Origin: Burkholderiales bacterium
GTDB lineage: Bacteria > Pseudomonadota > Gammaproteobacteria > Burkholderiales > SG8-41
Reading direction: 5' to 3'
Assembly (NCBI GenBank): GCA_038316355.1
Contig: JBBQAO010000001.1
Coordinates: forward strand, 23,076 to 87,075
Length of the DNA: 64,000 bases
A program made the position numbers and the translations under genes. The stretch's first letter is position 1. Every line of letters begins with the position of its first letter. The notes beneath the pieces are model-generated. The model did not search any database and had not been told where the DNA came from. It saw nothing but the letters and a program-made list of their open reading frames with translations. Below are positions 41,898 to 52,320 of this stretch, piece by piece.

Positions 41898-42389
41898 ATG
41901 CCCTCATTCGACATCGTTTCTGAAGTCAACCAGGTCGAAGTGCACAATGCCGTCGACCAGACCAACAAGGAAGTTTCCACGCGTTTCGATTTCAAGGGCT
42001 CCGACTCGCGCGTCGAAATGAATGAAAAAGAAAAAACCCTGACCGTCTTCGCTGACGACGATTTCAAGTTGAGCCAGGTTCGCGATGTACTGACTGCAAA
42101 ACTCGCCAAACGCGGCGTCGATACCCGCTGCCTGAAACTCGGCGACGGCGAACCGATCAGCGGCAACAAGATGAAGCAGCCGGTGACCGTGCGCGAAGGC
42201 ATCGAGCAGGAACTGGCGAAAAAAATCGTCAAGCTGCTGAAGGACAGCAAGATGAAAGTCCAGGGCAGCATCCAGGGCGATGTGGTGCGCGTCTCCGGCG
42301 CCAAAAAAGACCTGCTGCAGGACGCCATCGCGCTGATCCGCAAATCGATCAACGAATTCCCGCTGCAGTTCAAGAATTTCCGCGACTAA
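41898..42389 (+). CDS. yajQ: YajQ family nucleotide/c-di-GMP-binding protein
   Basis: [22 protein letters not shown]. Confidence 0.96.
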   Translation: MPSFDIVSEVNQVEVHNAVDQTNKEVSTRFDFKGSDSRVEMNEKEKTLTVFADDDFKLSQVRDVLTAKLAKRGVDTRCLKLGDGEPISGNKMKQPVTVREGIEQELAKKIVKLLKDSKMKVQGSIQGDVVRVSGAKKDLLQDAIALIRKSINEFPLQFKNFRD

Positions 42390-42532
42390 GCCAGACCGGC
42401 GCGTTGACACCGCCCCGATGATCTCGCAGAATCGCCGGCATCATCACGGGGGCGTTGGCAGACTCCCCGGCTCCAGACGCCCCGCGTCCAAGCGCTGCCT
42501 TCGTGTGAAACCGCTACCGCGAAGGAGTATTC

Positions 42533-42883
42533 ATGGACGCAGCCATCACCCCGCTTGAACTTTTGGCCCTGCGCAACACTGTGCCGGCACCGCTGGTCAT
42601 CGATGCACGGCGTGAACCCGTGTTTCAATCCGCGCCCGATCTGATTGCCGGCGCCCTGCGCCGTGATCCGGCCACGGTAGCGGCATGGGCGGAACAACTG
42701 CCGGCCGCAGCGCGCATCGTGGTCTACTGCGTGCATGGCCATGAAGTCAGCCAGAACGCAGCGAAAGCCCTGCGTGAACGCGGCCTGCCTGCACAATTTC
42801 TCGAAGGCGGCATCGAAGCCTGGCGCGCAGCCGGTGGCGACATCGCCATCAACACCGTCCAAACCGCACAGAAAAAATCGTGA
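42533..42883 (+). CDS. rhodanese-like protein (ChrE-like)
   Basis: VIDAR, VYCVHGHEVS, LEGGIEAW; overlaps the chrA start. Confidence 0.8.
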   Translation: MDAAITPLELLALRNTVPAPLVIDARREPVFQSAPDLIAGALRRDPATVAAWAEQLPAAARIVVYCVHGHEVSQNAAKALRERGLPAQFLEGGIEAWRAAGGDIAINTVQTAQKKS

Positions 42884-44223
42884 CCGAACCAGCCAAAGAC
42901 GCAGCGTCCGCGGCCATTCCGTTCCGGGAAGCCTTTCGCTTCTGGCTGAAACTTGGTTTCATCAGTTTCGGCGGCCCCGCCGGACAGATCGCGATCATGC
43001 ATCAGGAGCTGGTGGAAAAACGGCGCTGGATTTCCGAGCGCCGTTTCCTGCATGCGCTGAACTACTGCATGGTGCTGCCCGGCCCTGAGGCGCAGCAACT
43101 CGCCACCTACATCGGCTGGCTGATGCACCGTACCTGGGGCGGCATCGTCGCCGGCGGCCTGTTCGTGCTGCCTTCGCTGTTCATACTCGTTGCACTGTCC
43201 TGGATCTACATCGCATGGGGCAATGTGCCGGCCATCGCCGGCCTGCTCTACGGCATCAAACCGGCGGTCACCGCAATCGTTGTGGTTGCCGCGATCCGCA
43301 TCGGCTCGCGCGCACTGAAAAACGGCGTGTTGTGGGGCATCGCTGCCGCGGCTTTTGTTGCGCTGTTTGCACTGAAGCTGCCGTTTCCGCTGATCGTCAT
43401 CGGCGCCGGCATCATCGGATACATCGGCGGCCGCGTTGCCCCCAAACTGTTTGCTGTTGGCGGCGGACACGGCGCCGGCGACAAGAGTTACGGCGCAGCA
43501 GTGATCGACGACCACACGCCGACACCGGCACATGCCCTGTTCACCTGGAAACGTTTTGCCGCGGTGCTCGCCATCGGCGTGCTGCTGTGGGCTGCGGCGA
43601 TGGCCCTGCTGGTAGCCATCTACGGCTGGCACAGCACCCTGTCACAGATGGGCTGGTTTTTCACCAAGGCGGCCTTGCTGACTTTCGGCGGCGCTTACGC
43701 CGTGCTGCCCTATGTCTATCAGGCCGCCGTCGAACATTATCAGTGGGTCACGCCGCTGCAGATGATCGACGGTCTCGCATTGGGCGAAACCACACCCGGC
43801 CCGCTGATCATGGTGGTGGCCTTTGTCGCCTTCGTCGGCGGCTGGACCACGCAGTTCCTCGGCCCGGATAACCTGTTCATTGCCGGTGCACTGGCCGCCA
43901 CGGTGGTTACCTATTTCACTTTCCTGCCGAGTTTCATTTTCATCCTGCTCGGCGGCCCGCTGGTCGAAACCACGCACGGCGATCTCAAATTCACCGCGCC
44001 GCTGACCGGCATCACGGCAGCCGTGGTCGGCGTGATTCTCAATCTCGCAGTGTTTTTTGCGTACCACGTGTTGTGGCCGGAAGGCCTGCAGGGGCGCTTC
44101 GACTGGCCATCACTGGTGATCGGCTTCGCTGCATTCCTCGCACTGTGGCGTTACAGGATCGGCGTGATGCCGGTGATCGGCGCCTGCGCGGTGGCCGGCG
44201 CAGCGTGGATGCTGATTGGCTGA
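42880..44223 (+). CDS. chrA: chromate efflux transporter (long-chain CHR)
   Basis: Two CHR repeats: SFGGPAGQ..LPGP and TFGGAYA..TPGP. Confidence 0.94.
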   Translation: MTEPAKDAASAAIPFREAFRFWLKLGFISFGGPAGQIAIMHQELVEKRRWISERRFLHALNYCMVLPGPEAQQLATYIGWLMHRTWGGIVAGGLFVLPSLFILVALSWIYIAWGNVPAIAGLLYGIKPAVTAIVVVAAIRIGSRALKNGVLWGIAAAAFVALFALKLPFPLIVIGAGIIGYIGGRVAPKLFAVGGGHGAGDKSYGAAVIDDHTPTPAHALFTWKRFAAVLAIGVLLWAAAMALLVAIYGWHSTLSQMGWFFTKAALLTFGGAYAVLPYVYQAAVEHYQWVTPLQMIDGLALGETTPGPLIMVVAFVAFVGGWTTQFLGPDNLFIAGALAATVVTYFTFLPSFIFILLGGPLVETTHGDLKFTAPLTGITAAVVGVILNLAVFFAYHVLWPEGLQGRFDWPSLVIGFAAFLALWRYRIGVMPVIGACAVAGAAWMLIG

Positions 44224-44250
44224 TGCTGCTGAGTATCTAGAAACGTTGAT

Positions 44251-44340
44251 ACACCCCGTTCGCCCTGAGCCTGTCGAAGGGCAGCCGGGCTTCGACAAGG
44301 CCTGTCCTGAGTTTATCGAAGGGCTCAGCCCGAACGGTGT
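44251..44340. repeat. REP-like element (CCGTTCG..CTGAGC..GTCGAAG type) with extra nested half-unit
   Basis: CCGTTCGCCCTGAGCCTGTCGAAGG...CTTCGACAAG[GCCTGTCCTGAGTTTATCGAAGG]GCTCAGCCCGAACGG, between convergent genes. Confidence 0.75.
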
Positions 44341-44361
44341 TTTGTATATTTTGAAATATGC

Positions 44362-45075
44362 CTAGACGGCAAGACCAGTAACCCAACGGTCGTAAATCCG
44401 GTCAGCAACAGCATGCAAGGCGTTCACCTTGTCGCTGATGTCCTGCTCCATTTCAGCAGGCGTCTGCACCGAGGCCAGCCGACCGGCCAGCGCCTCGACC
44501 TCTTTCTCCCAATCGCGGCACCAGGTGCGGATCAGGTCTTCGGTCATTTCGATATGGCACTGCATGCCGAAATGTTTGCCCATCACAAACGCCTGATTCG
44601 TGCACCACGCACTGGCCATGATGCGCGTCGCGCCATCCGGCAACGCAAAGGTTTCACCGTGCCAGTGGAATGACAGGAATGACGGCAGATCGATGCCCAG
44701 CCACTCTTTCGCGACGGGTTGATCCAGCACTTCGACCTTGCCCCAGCCGATTTCCTTGACCGGATTGCGCGTCACCGGCGCACCCAGCGCCTTGGCCATC
44801 AATTGCCCGCCGAGGCAGTGGCCCAGTACCGGCACGTCACGTTTAACCGCATCTCGAATCAGTCCAAGCATCGGTGCAATCCACGGCAGGTCATCGTTGA
44901 CGCTCATCGGCCCGCCCATGCAACACACGCCGGAAAACGCCGCCGCATCCGCCGGCACCGGTTCGCCGGCATCCAGGCGGATTACCTGGTACGGAATCTT
45001 CCGCGCATCGAGGTACGTGGCAAAATAGGCCGGTCCTTCAGTGGCGCTGTAGCGAAAAACGGCAATGGGTTTCAT
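44362..45075 (-). CDS. type 1 glutamine amidotransferase
   Basis: GGPMSV, GHCLG.Q, HWHGE, QCHIE triad. Confidence 0.9.
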   Translation of the reverse strand: MKPIAVFRYSATEGPAYFATYLDARKIPYQVIRLDAGEPVPADAAAFSGVCCMGGPMSVNDDLPWIAPMLGLIRDAVKRDVPVLGHCLGGQLMAKALGAPVTRNPVKEIGWGKVEVLDQPVAKEWLGIDLPSFLSFHWHGETFALPDGATRIMASAWCTNQAFVMGKHFGMQCHIEMTEDLIRTWCRDWEKEVEALAGRLASVQTPAEMEQDISDKVNALHAVADRIYDRWVTGLAV

Positions 45076-45088
45076 GGGGTGATCCGGA

Positions 45089-45751
45089 ATGCGATGGGCT
45101 TATCTTAAGACAATCTGCGCTGCAGTTCTGTTTGCCGCGACACTCGCGCAGTCTGCGGACATCAGCGTCACCGCATTATTCGGCGGCAAGGCGCAGATCA
45201 GCGTCGACGGCGGCAAGCCGCGCATGTTGTCCGCCGGACAGACCTCGCCCGAAGGCGTCAAGCTGATCAGCGCCGACAGCAGCGCCGCGGTCATCGAATT
45301 TCAGGGAAAACGCCTGAGCCTCGCACTGGGCTCGGGCTCCAGAATCGGCGGTGTGGATCTCTCCGCCGGCAGCAGCAGCGGATCATCGGTGACACTGACG
45401 GCCGATGCACAAGGCCATTACCAGACGATGGGCCAGGTCAACGGCGGCACCGTTCAATTCCTCGTCGATACCGGCGCCACCTCCATCGCCCTGCCCAGCG
45501 CCGACGCCCGACGTCTGGGCATCAATTACCTGAACGGCCAGCGCGGCTTCACCCAGACCGCCAACGGCCGCGCTGCGGCCTATCGGGTGACGCTGGATAC
45601 CGTAAAAGTCGGCGATATCACCCTATATAACGTCGAGGCTGTGGTGCTTGAAGGCGATGGGCTGAAGATTGCACTGCTGGGGATGAGTTTCCTGAATCGG
45701 ACGGAGATGAAACGGGATGGGCAGGCGTTGACGTTGATACGGCGGTATTGA
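45089..45751 (+). CDS. retropepsin-like (clan AA) aspartic protease
   Basis: FLVDTGA, TANG, LLGMSFL; signal peptide. Confidence 0.9.
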   Translation: MRWAYLKTICAAVLFAATLAQSADISVTALFGGKAQISVDGGKPRMLSAGQTSPEGVKLISADSSAAVIEFQGKRLSLALGSGSRIGGVDLSAGSSSGSSVTLTADAQGHYQTMGQVNGGTVQFLVDTGATSIALPSADARRLGINYLNGQRGFTQTANGRAAAYRVTLDTVKVGDITLYNVEAVVLEGDGLKIALLGMSFLNRTEMKRDGQALTLIRRY

Positions 45752-45839
45752 CGCATCCGCCACAATATAAATATATTAATAAAAACAATTGCTTATATCG
45801 ATCCATCTGTATCCGGCGAACACCTCAGCACCTTTCCCA

Positions 45840-45877
45840 TTGACGATGATCGCCCTCTTGGATATCTTATAGATATC
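45840..45877 (+). promoter_or_regulatory. sigma70 promoter overlapped by palindromic operator of TA operon
   Basis: TTGACG-N17-TATCTT; GATATCT-tat-AGATATC inverted repeat at 45861-45877. Confidence 0.65.
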
Positions 45878-45895
45878 TAATGATGGAGAAGCGTC

Positions 45896-46189
45896 ATGGC
45901 CACCCGTTTAACCGCCCAGCAAATTGCCTTCCGCTATCGGGTCACCGACAGCGCGAGCGGCGTCACCCGCGATACCGCGAAGCGCATCGCCGAGCGTTTG
46001 GGCGTCGATGAGACCCAGGCAATACACCGGGCCCTGCACGAGTTGGCCGTCAAAGTGCTGCCGCAGTACGAGGCGGATGACGGACCGCTGAGCGCGGCGC
46101 AACTGCGGCAGATCAAAAAGCGTGCGCCGCAGGGCAACAAGCGTTCGCTGCGCTCCAGCCTGTTCGACATCGACCCGGCTGCGAAATGA
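45896..46189 (+). CDS. putative antitoxin (small DNA-binding protein)
   Basis: 97 aa, GGAG RBS, ATGA overlap with downstream PemK-like gene, operator palindrome upstream. Confidence 0.65.
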   Translation: MATRLTAQQIAFRYRVTDSASGVTRDTAKRIAERLGVDETQAIHRALHELAVKVLPQYEADDGPLSAAQLRQIKKRAPQGNKRSLRSSLFDIDPAAK

Positions 46190-46584
46190 ACGCGTGGGGA
46201 GAACCCACCGCCGGTGAAATCCTGTGGTGCCACTTCCCCGACAACATCACCCTCCCCCCCAAGCCCAGACCCGCGCTGATCCTCGCGGTGTTCGATGACG
46301 ACGCACCGCCATTCACGGTGCGTGTGGCTTACGGCACCAGTCAACGCACGACGCAACTCTATCGCGGTGAATTCGCCATCCTGCAAAGCCGCAATCCGGC
46401 GGCCTATGCAGCGGCAGGGCTCAGCTACGACACCAAGTTTGATCTGAGACAGATGATTGAGCTGCCGTACACCACGGAATGGTTTTCCGTGCCGCCAACT
46501 GCGCCACATGGGGAAACGCCGCTGCTGGGTACGCTGCATCCCTCACTGGTCCGCGCGGTAGAGGCTGCGTTTAGGGGCGTATAG
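46186..46584 (+). CDS. PemK/MazF-like toxin
   Basis: PTAGEILWCHFP..KPRPALIL..VAYGTSQ pattern. Confidence 0.7.
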   Translation: MNAWGEPTAGEILWCHFPDNITLPPKPRPALILAVFDDDAPPFTVRVAYGTSQRTTQLYRGEFAILQSRNPAAYAAAGLSYDTKFDLRQMIELPYTTEWFSVPPTAPHGETPLLGTLHPSLVRAVEAAFRGV

Positions 46585-46586
46585 CC

Positions 46587-46620
46587 GTAGGGCGTCAATA
46601 AGCGTAGCGAATTGCGCCGG
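46587..46620. repeat. GTAG-type REP
   Basis: GTAG-GGCGTCAAT...ATTGCGCC hairpin immediately after the toxin stop. Confidence 0.55.
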
Positions 46621-46765
46621 ATGACTTTGCAGGCGAAGAAAACGTTCCGCGCGCTAAAGCGCGAAGTTATTCCTGAGTGGCCTTACTGCTTACCATCGAC
46701 AATCATACAAACTTGGCCCTCTGAGCTAGAGGTACCGGAGTCGATTTCTTTTCGCCGCACACCGC

Positions 46766-47143
46766 TCAGCGCAGCGCCCCTACAACCTCAGGATTGCTCG
46801 CCACAATCCGCAGCAATGCGGAAGCCGGCCCCGAAGGACGCTTGCGCCCCTGTTCCCACTCCTGCAGGGTGCGCAGCGATACGCCGATCAGGCGCGCGAA
46901 CTGGGCCTGGGACAAGCCGGTACCGGCGCGGGCGATTTGAGCGGAAGCTGTGACCGGAATGACCTCGTCTTTCTCCACGGTACCGTCGGCGCGCACCACG
47001 CGGCGGCGCCAGCCACCATCGGCTCGTTTGGTGAATTCCGTCTTGCGCGCCCATGTCCCGGCCTTGGCATCGGCCTGCATGGATTGCAGCTCGGCGTTGA
47101 GATCGCGTTTCGGAGCGCGCTTGATCTTTGCGGTTTTTTTCAT
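46766..47143 (-). CDS. HigA-like XRE-HTH antitoxin
   Basis: GLSQAQFA.LIGVSLRTLQEWEQGRKRPSGPA..LL. Confidence 0.85.
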   Translation of the reverse strand: MKKTAKIKRAPKRDLNAELQSMQADAKAGTWARKTEFTKRADGGWRRRVVRADGTVEKDEVIPVTASAQIARAGTGLSQAQFARLIGVSLRTLQEWEQGRKRPSGPASALLRIVASNPEVVGALR

Positions 47144-47449
47144 ACCATTGCCTCAGTTCCCGTAACACCTTGGGGTTGATGTTGTCCTGCACGTTTTTGG
47201 CATACATCGTCACCAGCACGATTTCGCCCGAATTGAGCCTCAGAAAAAAAACACCCGCGCCCCTCCGCGCTTGCCGCGACCGCTCGCCGCCCAGCGCAGC
47301 TTGCGGCAACCTCCAGACCCCGGAATGACATCGCCTGCCCCGGGCTCCGCCATCAGGTGAAATTGCAGGCGCGTAAATTCGGTGTCATCGAGCAGGGCTT
47401 CGCGGGCTCGCGCGAAAGACTCCAGTTCGACAAAGGTGAACATCGGCAT
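47140..47449 (-). pseudogene. RelE/HigB-like toxin, frameshifted at a T8 tract
   Basis: GDVIPGSGGCRKLRW..GRGKRGGARV stops at 47240; the expected C-terminus LRLNSGEIVLVTMYAKN..NI continues in the -1 frame. Confidence 0.8.
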
Positions 47450-47450
47450 A

Positions 47451-47471
47451 ATATACGTCAGAAGCGTATAT
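47451..47471. promoter_or_regulatory. palindromic operator of the higBA-like module
   Basis: ATATACG-N7-CGTATAT directly upstream of the toxin start. Confidence 0.6.
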
Positions 47472-47518
47472 CAAGCAAGGGCTAGCCCTTGCGATGAACC
47501 GGGTAGACGGGGAGGGCG

Positions 47519-48781
47519 TTACTTTTTCGGGGTTTCGGAACCGCCACCCACCATAGCCAGCAAATGCCCGAACTTGCTGCGCTTGGTATCGAGGTACCGG
47601 CGGTTAGCCTCACGCGGCGGCACTTCAACCGCAACACGCTCAACAACTTTTAATCCGTAGTCTTCCAGCGCCGCGACCTTGTCCGGATTATTGGTCATCA
47701 GTCGCACTTCGCGCGCGCCGAGGTCGAACAAAATATGAGCACCTGCCCGATAGTCGCGCATGTCAGCAGCAAAACCCAGCGCGTGATTGGCTTCCACCGT
47801 GTCCTGGCCCTGGTCCTGCAGCGCGTAGGCGCGGATCTTGTTGAGCAAACCGATGCCGCGGCCCTCGTCGAACATGTAAACCAGTATGCCGCTGCCGGCT
47901 TTTTCGATCATGCCCATCGCGGCGTCGAGCTGTTCGCCGCAGTCGCAGCGTTCGGAGCCGAAAACATCACCCGTCAGGCACTGTGAATGCAGGCGCACCA
48001 GCGTTGGCTCGCCTTGCTTGATCTCGCCCTTGACCAGCGCGACATAGAGATTGGTTTCCAGATTGTCAGCGTAGACAATCATCTTGAACTCGCCGGCCTT
48101 GCTGGTCGGCAATACCGTTTCGGCCTTGCGGCGGATTTCGCGTTCCTTGTCGCGGTAGGCGACGAGGTCGCTGATGCGGACGATGCGGATGTTGTGCTGC
48201 GCGGCGAATTGTTCCAGATCCGGCAGCCGCGCCATGGTGCCGTCGGGATTCATGATTTCGCAGATCACACCGGCGGGTTTATGCCCCGCCAGTCGCGCGA
48301 GGTCCACTGCCGCTTCGGTGTGGCCGCGCCGCATCAGCACGCCGCCGTCCAGTGCGCGCAGTGTCTGCAGGCGGCCGGGGCGGATCAGATCGGCAGGTTT
48401 GGCGTTGTCGGCAATCGCCACCGCGATGGTGCGCGCGCGATCCTGTGCCGACATGCCGGAACCCACGCCCTCGCGCGCGTCGATCGGTGTTGCGAAGGCA
48501 GTGCCGAATTTGGATTGATTGCCGGTGTCGTCGGTGATCAATGAAAGGCCCAGCGTGCGCAGGCGGTCTTCGGTCAGCGCCAGTGAAATCAGGCCACGCC
48601 CCTGAGCCGCCATGAAGTTGATCACTTCGGGTGTGGCGCGATCAGCAGCGACAAACAAGTCGCCTTCGTTTTCACGGTCCTCACTGTCGACGAGGATCAC
48701 CATCTGTCCGCGCCGCACGTCGGGCAGGATCTGCTCGACGATATATTCGCTGCTGCGTTCGCTGGTTTTGCGATCAGTCAT
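47519..48781 (-). CDS. ribBA: bifunctional DHBP synthase/GTP cyclohydrolase II
   Basis: DRENEGD, RRGHTEA, RLHSQCLTGD..RCDCG, EGRGIGL, TNNP. Confidence 0.95.
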   Translation of the reverse strand: MTDRKTSERSSEYIVEQILPDVRRGQMVILVDSEDRENEGDLFVAADRATPEVINFMAAQGRGLISLALTEDRLRTLGLSLITDDTGNQSKFGTAFATPIDAREGVGSGMSAQDRARTIAVAIADNAKPADLIRPGRLQTLRALDGGVLMRRGHTEAAVDLARLAGHKPAGVICEIMNPDGTMARLPDLEQFAAQHNIRIVRISDLVAYRDKEREIRRKAETVLPTSKAGEFKMIVYADNLETNLYVALVKGEIKQGEPTLVRLHSQCLTGDVFGSERCDCGEQLDAAMGMIEKAGSGILVYMFDEGRGIGLLNKIRAYALQDQGQDTVEANHALGFAADMRDYRAGAHILFDLGAREVRLMTNNPDKVAALEDYGLKVVERVAVEVPPREANRRYLDTKRSKFGHLLAMVGGGSETPKK

Positions 48782-48870
48782 TGGCGCAATCAGCGCCTGC
48801 AGCGCCGGGATATGCTATAAGCAATTGATTTTATTGGTATTTTTATCATGGCGCGTATCACGCTTTTACA

Positions 48871-49506
48871 TCATCCACGGGGCGCAATCAGGCGCAGGAA
48901 TTCTGAACGCGTGACGTCCTTGTTGAATTCGCCGGTAAACGCAGATGTCGACGCGACCGAATTCTGTTTCTGGATGCCGCGCATGATCATGCACATGTGC
49001 TGCGCCTCGATCACCACCGCGACACCGGCGGGGTCAAGAGTCTGCTGGATGCAATCGCGGATCTGCACAGTCAGACGCTCCTGCACCTGAAGGCGCCGCG
49101 CGTAGGCATCGACCACACGCGGCACTTTCGACAGGCCGACGATGCGGCCTTTCGGAATGTAGGCCACATGCGCCTTGCCGAAGAACGGCAGCATGTGATG
49201 CTCGCACAGCGAATAGACCTCGATGTCGCGCACGATCACCATGTGCTGGTATTCCTCGGTGAACATTGCCGAGCGCAGGATTTCCGCGGGATCAAGATCG
49301 TAACCGTGGGTCAGGAACTGCAGTGCCTTGGCCACACGCTCCGGTGTTTTGAGCAGGCCTTCACGGTCCGGATCCTCGCCGACATCTTTGAGGATGTCGC
49401 GGTACCTGCCGGCGATACGTTCAATGATCTCCGGGTTGTACTGTTCGGTTTTGGAATAGCCATCCATTACGTTTTCTTCCCGCATATTCTGTTCGCGCGG
49501 CTTCAT
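48871..49506 (-). CDS. folE: GTP cyclohydrolase I (type IA)
   Basis: TPERV, SLCEHH, GLSK, QVQER, HMC..RG. Confidence 0.96.
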   Translation of the reverse strand: MKPREQNMREENVMDGYSKTEQYNPEIIERIAGRYRDILKDVGEDPDREGLLKTPERVAKALQFLTHGYDLDPAEILRSAMFTEEYQHMVIVRDIEVYSLCEHHMLPFFGKAHVAYIPKGRIVGLSKVPRVVDAYARRLQVQERLTVQIRDCIQQTLDPAGVAVVIEAQHMCMIMRGIQKQNSVASTSAFTGEFNKDVTRSEFLRLIAPRG

Positions 49507-51395
49507 TGTGATTTTGCTGCGGCAAGCCGCGCGCGAATTGATACAGCAATGCCCGCGGCATCCAGTCCGATGCTGGCCAGTTGCACGCCAGGATCGCCCT
49601 GCTCGATGAAACGGTCGGGAAGCCCAAGCTGCAACACCTGCACCGTACAGCCATGCTTCTGCAGCGCCTCCAGCACCGCGCTGCCGGCGCCGCCCATGAT
49701 CACGTTTTCTTCAATCGTTACCAGCAGCCTGTGAGTCGCCGCCAGCTCGCGCACCAGTTCTTCATCCAGCGGTTTGACGAAACGCATGTTGGCGACAGTG
49801 GCGTCGAATTCTTCGGCCGCCGCCAGCGCCGGCGCCACCATGGAACCAAAAGCGAGCATCGCGATGTCGCCCTTGCCCTGCCGCCGCACTTCGCCGCGCC
49901 CGACCGGCAGCGCAGTCATTTCCTTCTGCACCGCTACCCCGGGCCCGGTACCGCGCGGATAACGCACCGCTACCGGCGTGTTCATCTGGAAAGCCGTAAA
50001 CAACATCTGCCGGCATTCGTTTTCGTCGGACGGGGTCATCACCGTCATGTTGGGCAGGCAACGCAGGTATGACAGATCGAAACTACCGTTGTGCGTGGCA
50101 CCGTCAGCACCCACCAGACCGCCGCGGTCCAGCGCGAATATCACCGGCAGGTTCTGGATCTGCACGTCATGGATCAGCTGATCGTAACCGCGCTGCAGGA
50201 AGGTTGAATAAATCGCCACCACCGGCTTGTGGCCTTCGCAGGCGACACCTGCGGCAAAAGTCACCGCATGCTGTTCGGCAATGCCGACATCAAAATAGCG
50301 GTCCGGATATTGTGCGGCGTACTTCACCATGCCGGAGCCTTCGCGCATCGCCGGCGTGATCGCCACCAGGCGTTTGTCCCTGGCCGCCATGTCGCACAGC
50401 CAGTCGCCGAAGACCTGCGTGTAGGTCGGCTTGCCGCCGGATTTGCCACTGGCAATGCCGCTGGTGTGATCGAATTTCGATACGCCGTGATACAGAATCG
50501 GGTCGGCCTCTGCCAGCTTGTAGCCCTGGCCCTTGCGCGTCACCACGTGCAGGAACTGCGGCCCTTTCAGGCGTTTGATGTTGTGCAGCGTCGGAATCAG
50601 CGCATCGAGATCGTGGCCGTCGATGGGGCCGATGTAGTTGAAACCGAATTCCTCGAACATGGTGCCCGGCGTGACCATGCCCTTGACGTGTTCTTCGGCG
50701 CGGCGCGCGAGGTCGCCCAGCACCTTTTCGCCGAGGCCCTTGGCCGCGGCATAGAAACGACCCGACATCAGCTTGGCCAGGTATTTGTTCAGCGCACCCA
50801 CCGGCGGCGAAATCGACATGTCGTTGTCGTTGAGGATCACCAGCAGGTCGATGTCCATATCGCCGGCATTGTTCAGCGCTTCAAACGCCATGCCGGCACT
50901 CATCGCGCCGTCGCCGATGATCGCCACCGCGCGGCGCGGCTCACCCTTCAGCTTCGCCGCCACCGCCATGCCCAGCGCGGCGCTGATCGAGGTGCTCGAA
51001 TGCGCGGTGCCGAAGGCATCGTATTCGGATTCCGCGCGCTGCGGAAATCCCGAAATGCCCCGCCACATGCGCAGGCTTTTCATCGCGTCGCGGCGGCCGG
51101 TGAGTATCTTGTGGCCGTAGGTCTGGTGGCCGACATCCCACACCAATCGATCCTGCGGCGTGTCGTAGACGTAATGCAAAGCAATGGTTAATTCGACCGT
51201 GCCGAGATTCGACGACAGGTGGCCGCCGGTCTGGCTGACCGAATCCAGCAAATAGGCGCGCAGCTCCGCGGCCAGCGCCGGCAACTGGCTGCGCTCGAGC
51301 AACCGCAGATCGTGCGGGGTCGCCACCGATTTCAGCAATTCATACATCGGCCTGTCCTGCGCCCCCGTCCCGTCCATGGTCAATGTTCCGCTCAT
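49503..51395 (-). CDS. dxs: 1-deoxy-D-xylulose-5-phosphate synthase
   Basis: WDVGHQ, GDGA, IAEQHAV, DRGG, DGATH. Confidence 0.98.
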   Translation of the reverse strand: MSGTLTMDGTGAQDRPMYELLKSVATPHDLRLLERSQLPALAAELRAYLLDSVSQTGGHLSSNLGTVELTIALHYVYDTPQDRLVWDVGHQTYGHKILTGRRDAMKSLRMWRGISGFPQRAESEYDAFGTAHSSTSISAALGMAVAAKLKGEPRRAVAIIGDGAMSAGMAFEALNNAGDMDIDLLVILNDNDMSISPPVGALNKYLAKLMSGRFYAAAKGLGEKVLGDLARRAEEHVKGMVTPGTMFEEFGFNYIGPIDGHDLDALIPTLHNIKRLKGPQFLHVVTRKGQGYKLAEADPILYHGVSKFDHTSGIASGKSGGKPTYTQVFGDWLCDMAARDKRLVAITPAMREGSGMVKYAAQYPDRYFDVGIAEQHAVTFAAGVACEGHKPVVAIYSTFLQRGYDQLIHDVQIQNLPVIFALDRGGLVGADGATHNGSFDLSYLRCLPNMTVMTPSDENECRQMLFTAFQMNTPVAVRYPRGTGPGVAVQKEMTALPVGRGEVRRQGKGDIAMLAFGSMVAPALAAAEEFDATVANMRFVKPLDEELVRELAATHRLLVTIEENVIMGGAGSAVLEALQKHGCTVQVLQLGLPDRFIEQGDPGVQLASIGLDAAGIAVSIRARLAAAKSQ

Positions 51396-51407
51396 GGCTG
51401 CATTGTC

Positions 51408-52304
51408 TCAGAACTTGCGCAACACGATGAAATCCGCCAATTGCGCGAGTCGCGCCCCGCGGTCGCCAAAAGGCGCGATGGCGCGCAGCGCTTGCTCGCG
51501 TAATTCGCCAGCCAGGGTTTTTGCCTGTGCAATACCCATGGCACTGACATAGGTAGGTTTGCCCTGTTCGGCATCCTTGCCGGCGGTTTTACCCAGCGTT
51601 GCCGTCGGCGCCTCGGCATCCAGCACATCATCAACCACCTGGAACGCCAATCCGACGGCCTTGGCAAAGGTATCGATGCGCGAGAATTCCTGAGCATTGA
51701 GCCCGCTGCCGCAACGCGCGCCCAATACCGCCGCGGCGCGGATCAGCGCACCGGTTTTGTGGATATGCATGAATTCGAGTTCCGGCACGCTCAGTGATTT
51801 GCCGACTGCGGCAAGGTCGATGGCCTGACCGCCGGCCATGCCGCGCGAACCTGCGGCGGCCGCGAGCAACTTGACCATTTCGAGTTGATCCTTCGCATCG
51901 TCAGCAAGGCGATATTCACCCAGCAACTGGAATGACAGACTTTGCAATGCATCGCCGACCAGCAAAGCCGTCGCTTCGTCGAACTCGACATGGCAGGTCG
52001 GCTTGCCCCGCCGCAACACGTCATCATCCATGCACGGCAGGTCGTCGTGCACCAGTGAATAAGCGTGAATGATTTCAACGGCAGCACCGGCTACGGTCAC
52101 ACGCTCAGGATCAGCCTGCGCCAGTTCGCCCGCGGCGTAGGCCAACAGCGGCCGCACGCGTTTGCCGGCACCGAGCACGGCATAACGCATTGCCGCATGC
52201 AGGCGCTGCGGCGCAATCTCCGGCTGCGGCAACGCGCGCTGCAAAAACGCTTCGATGCGCTGTTGCCCGGCTGCGGCCCAGGCCTGGAAATCGGGGGGGG
52301 TCAC
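51408..52304 (-). CDS. ispA: farnesyl diphosphate synthase
   Basis: GKRVRP, HDDLPCMDDD..RRG, FQVVDD, GKTAGKD. Confidence 0.96.
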   Translation of the reverse strand: MTPPDFQAWAAAGQQRIEAFLQRALPQPEIAPQRLHAAMRYAVLGAGKRVRPLLAYAAGELAQADPERVTVAGAAVEIIHAYSLVHDDLPCMDDDVLRRGKPTCHVEFDEATALLVGDALQSLSFQLLGEYRLADDAKDQLEMVKLLAAAAGSRGMAGGQAIDLAAVGKSLSVPELEFMHIHKTGALIRAAAVLGARCGSGLNAQEFSRIDTFAKAVGLAFQVVDDVLDAEAPTATLGKTAGKDAEQGKPTYVSAMGIAQAKTLAGELREQALRAIAPFGDRGARLAQLADFIVLRKF

Positions 52305-52320
52305 TGGGGAAGACCGGCGA

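Noticed and set aside
46621-46765. Lower-GC spacer between the two TA modules as a gene remnant
   Set aside because: No recognisable motif in any frame.
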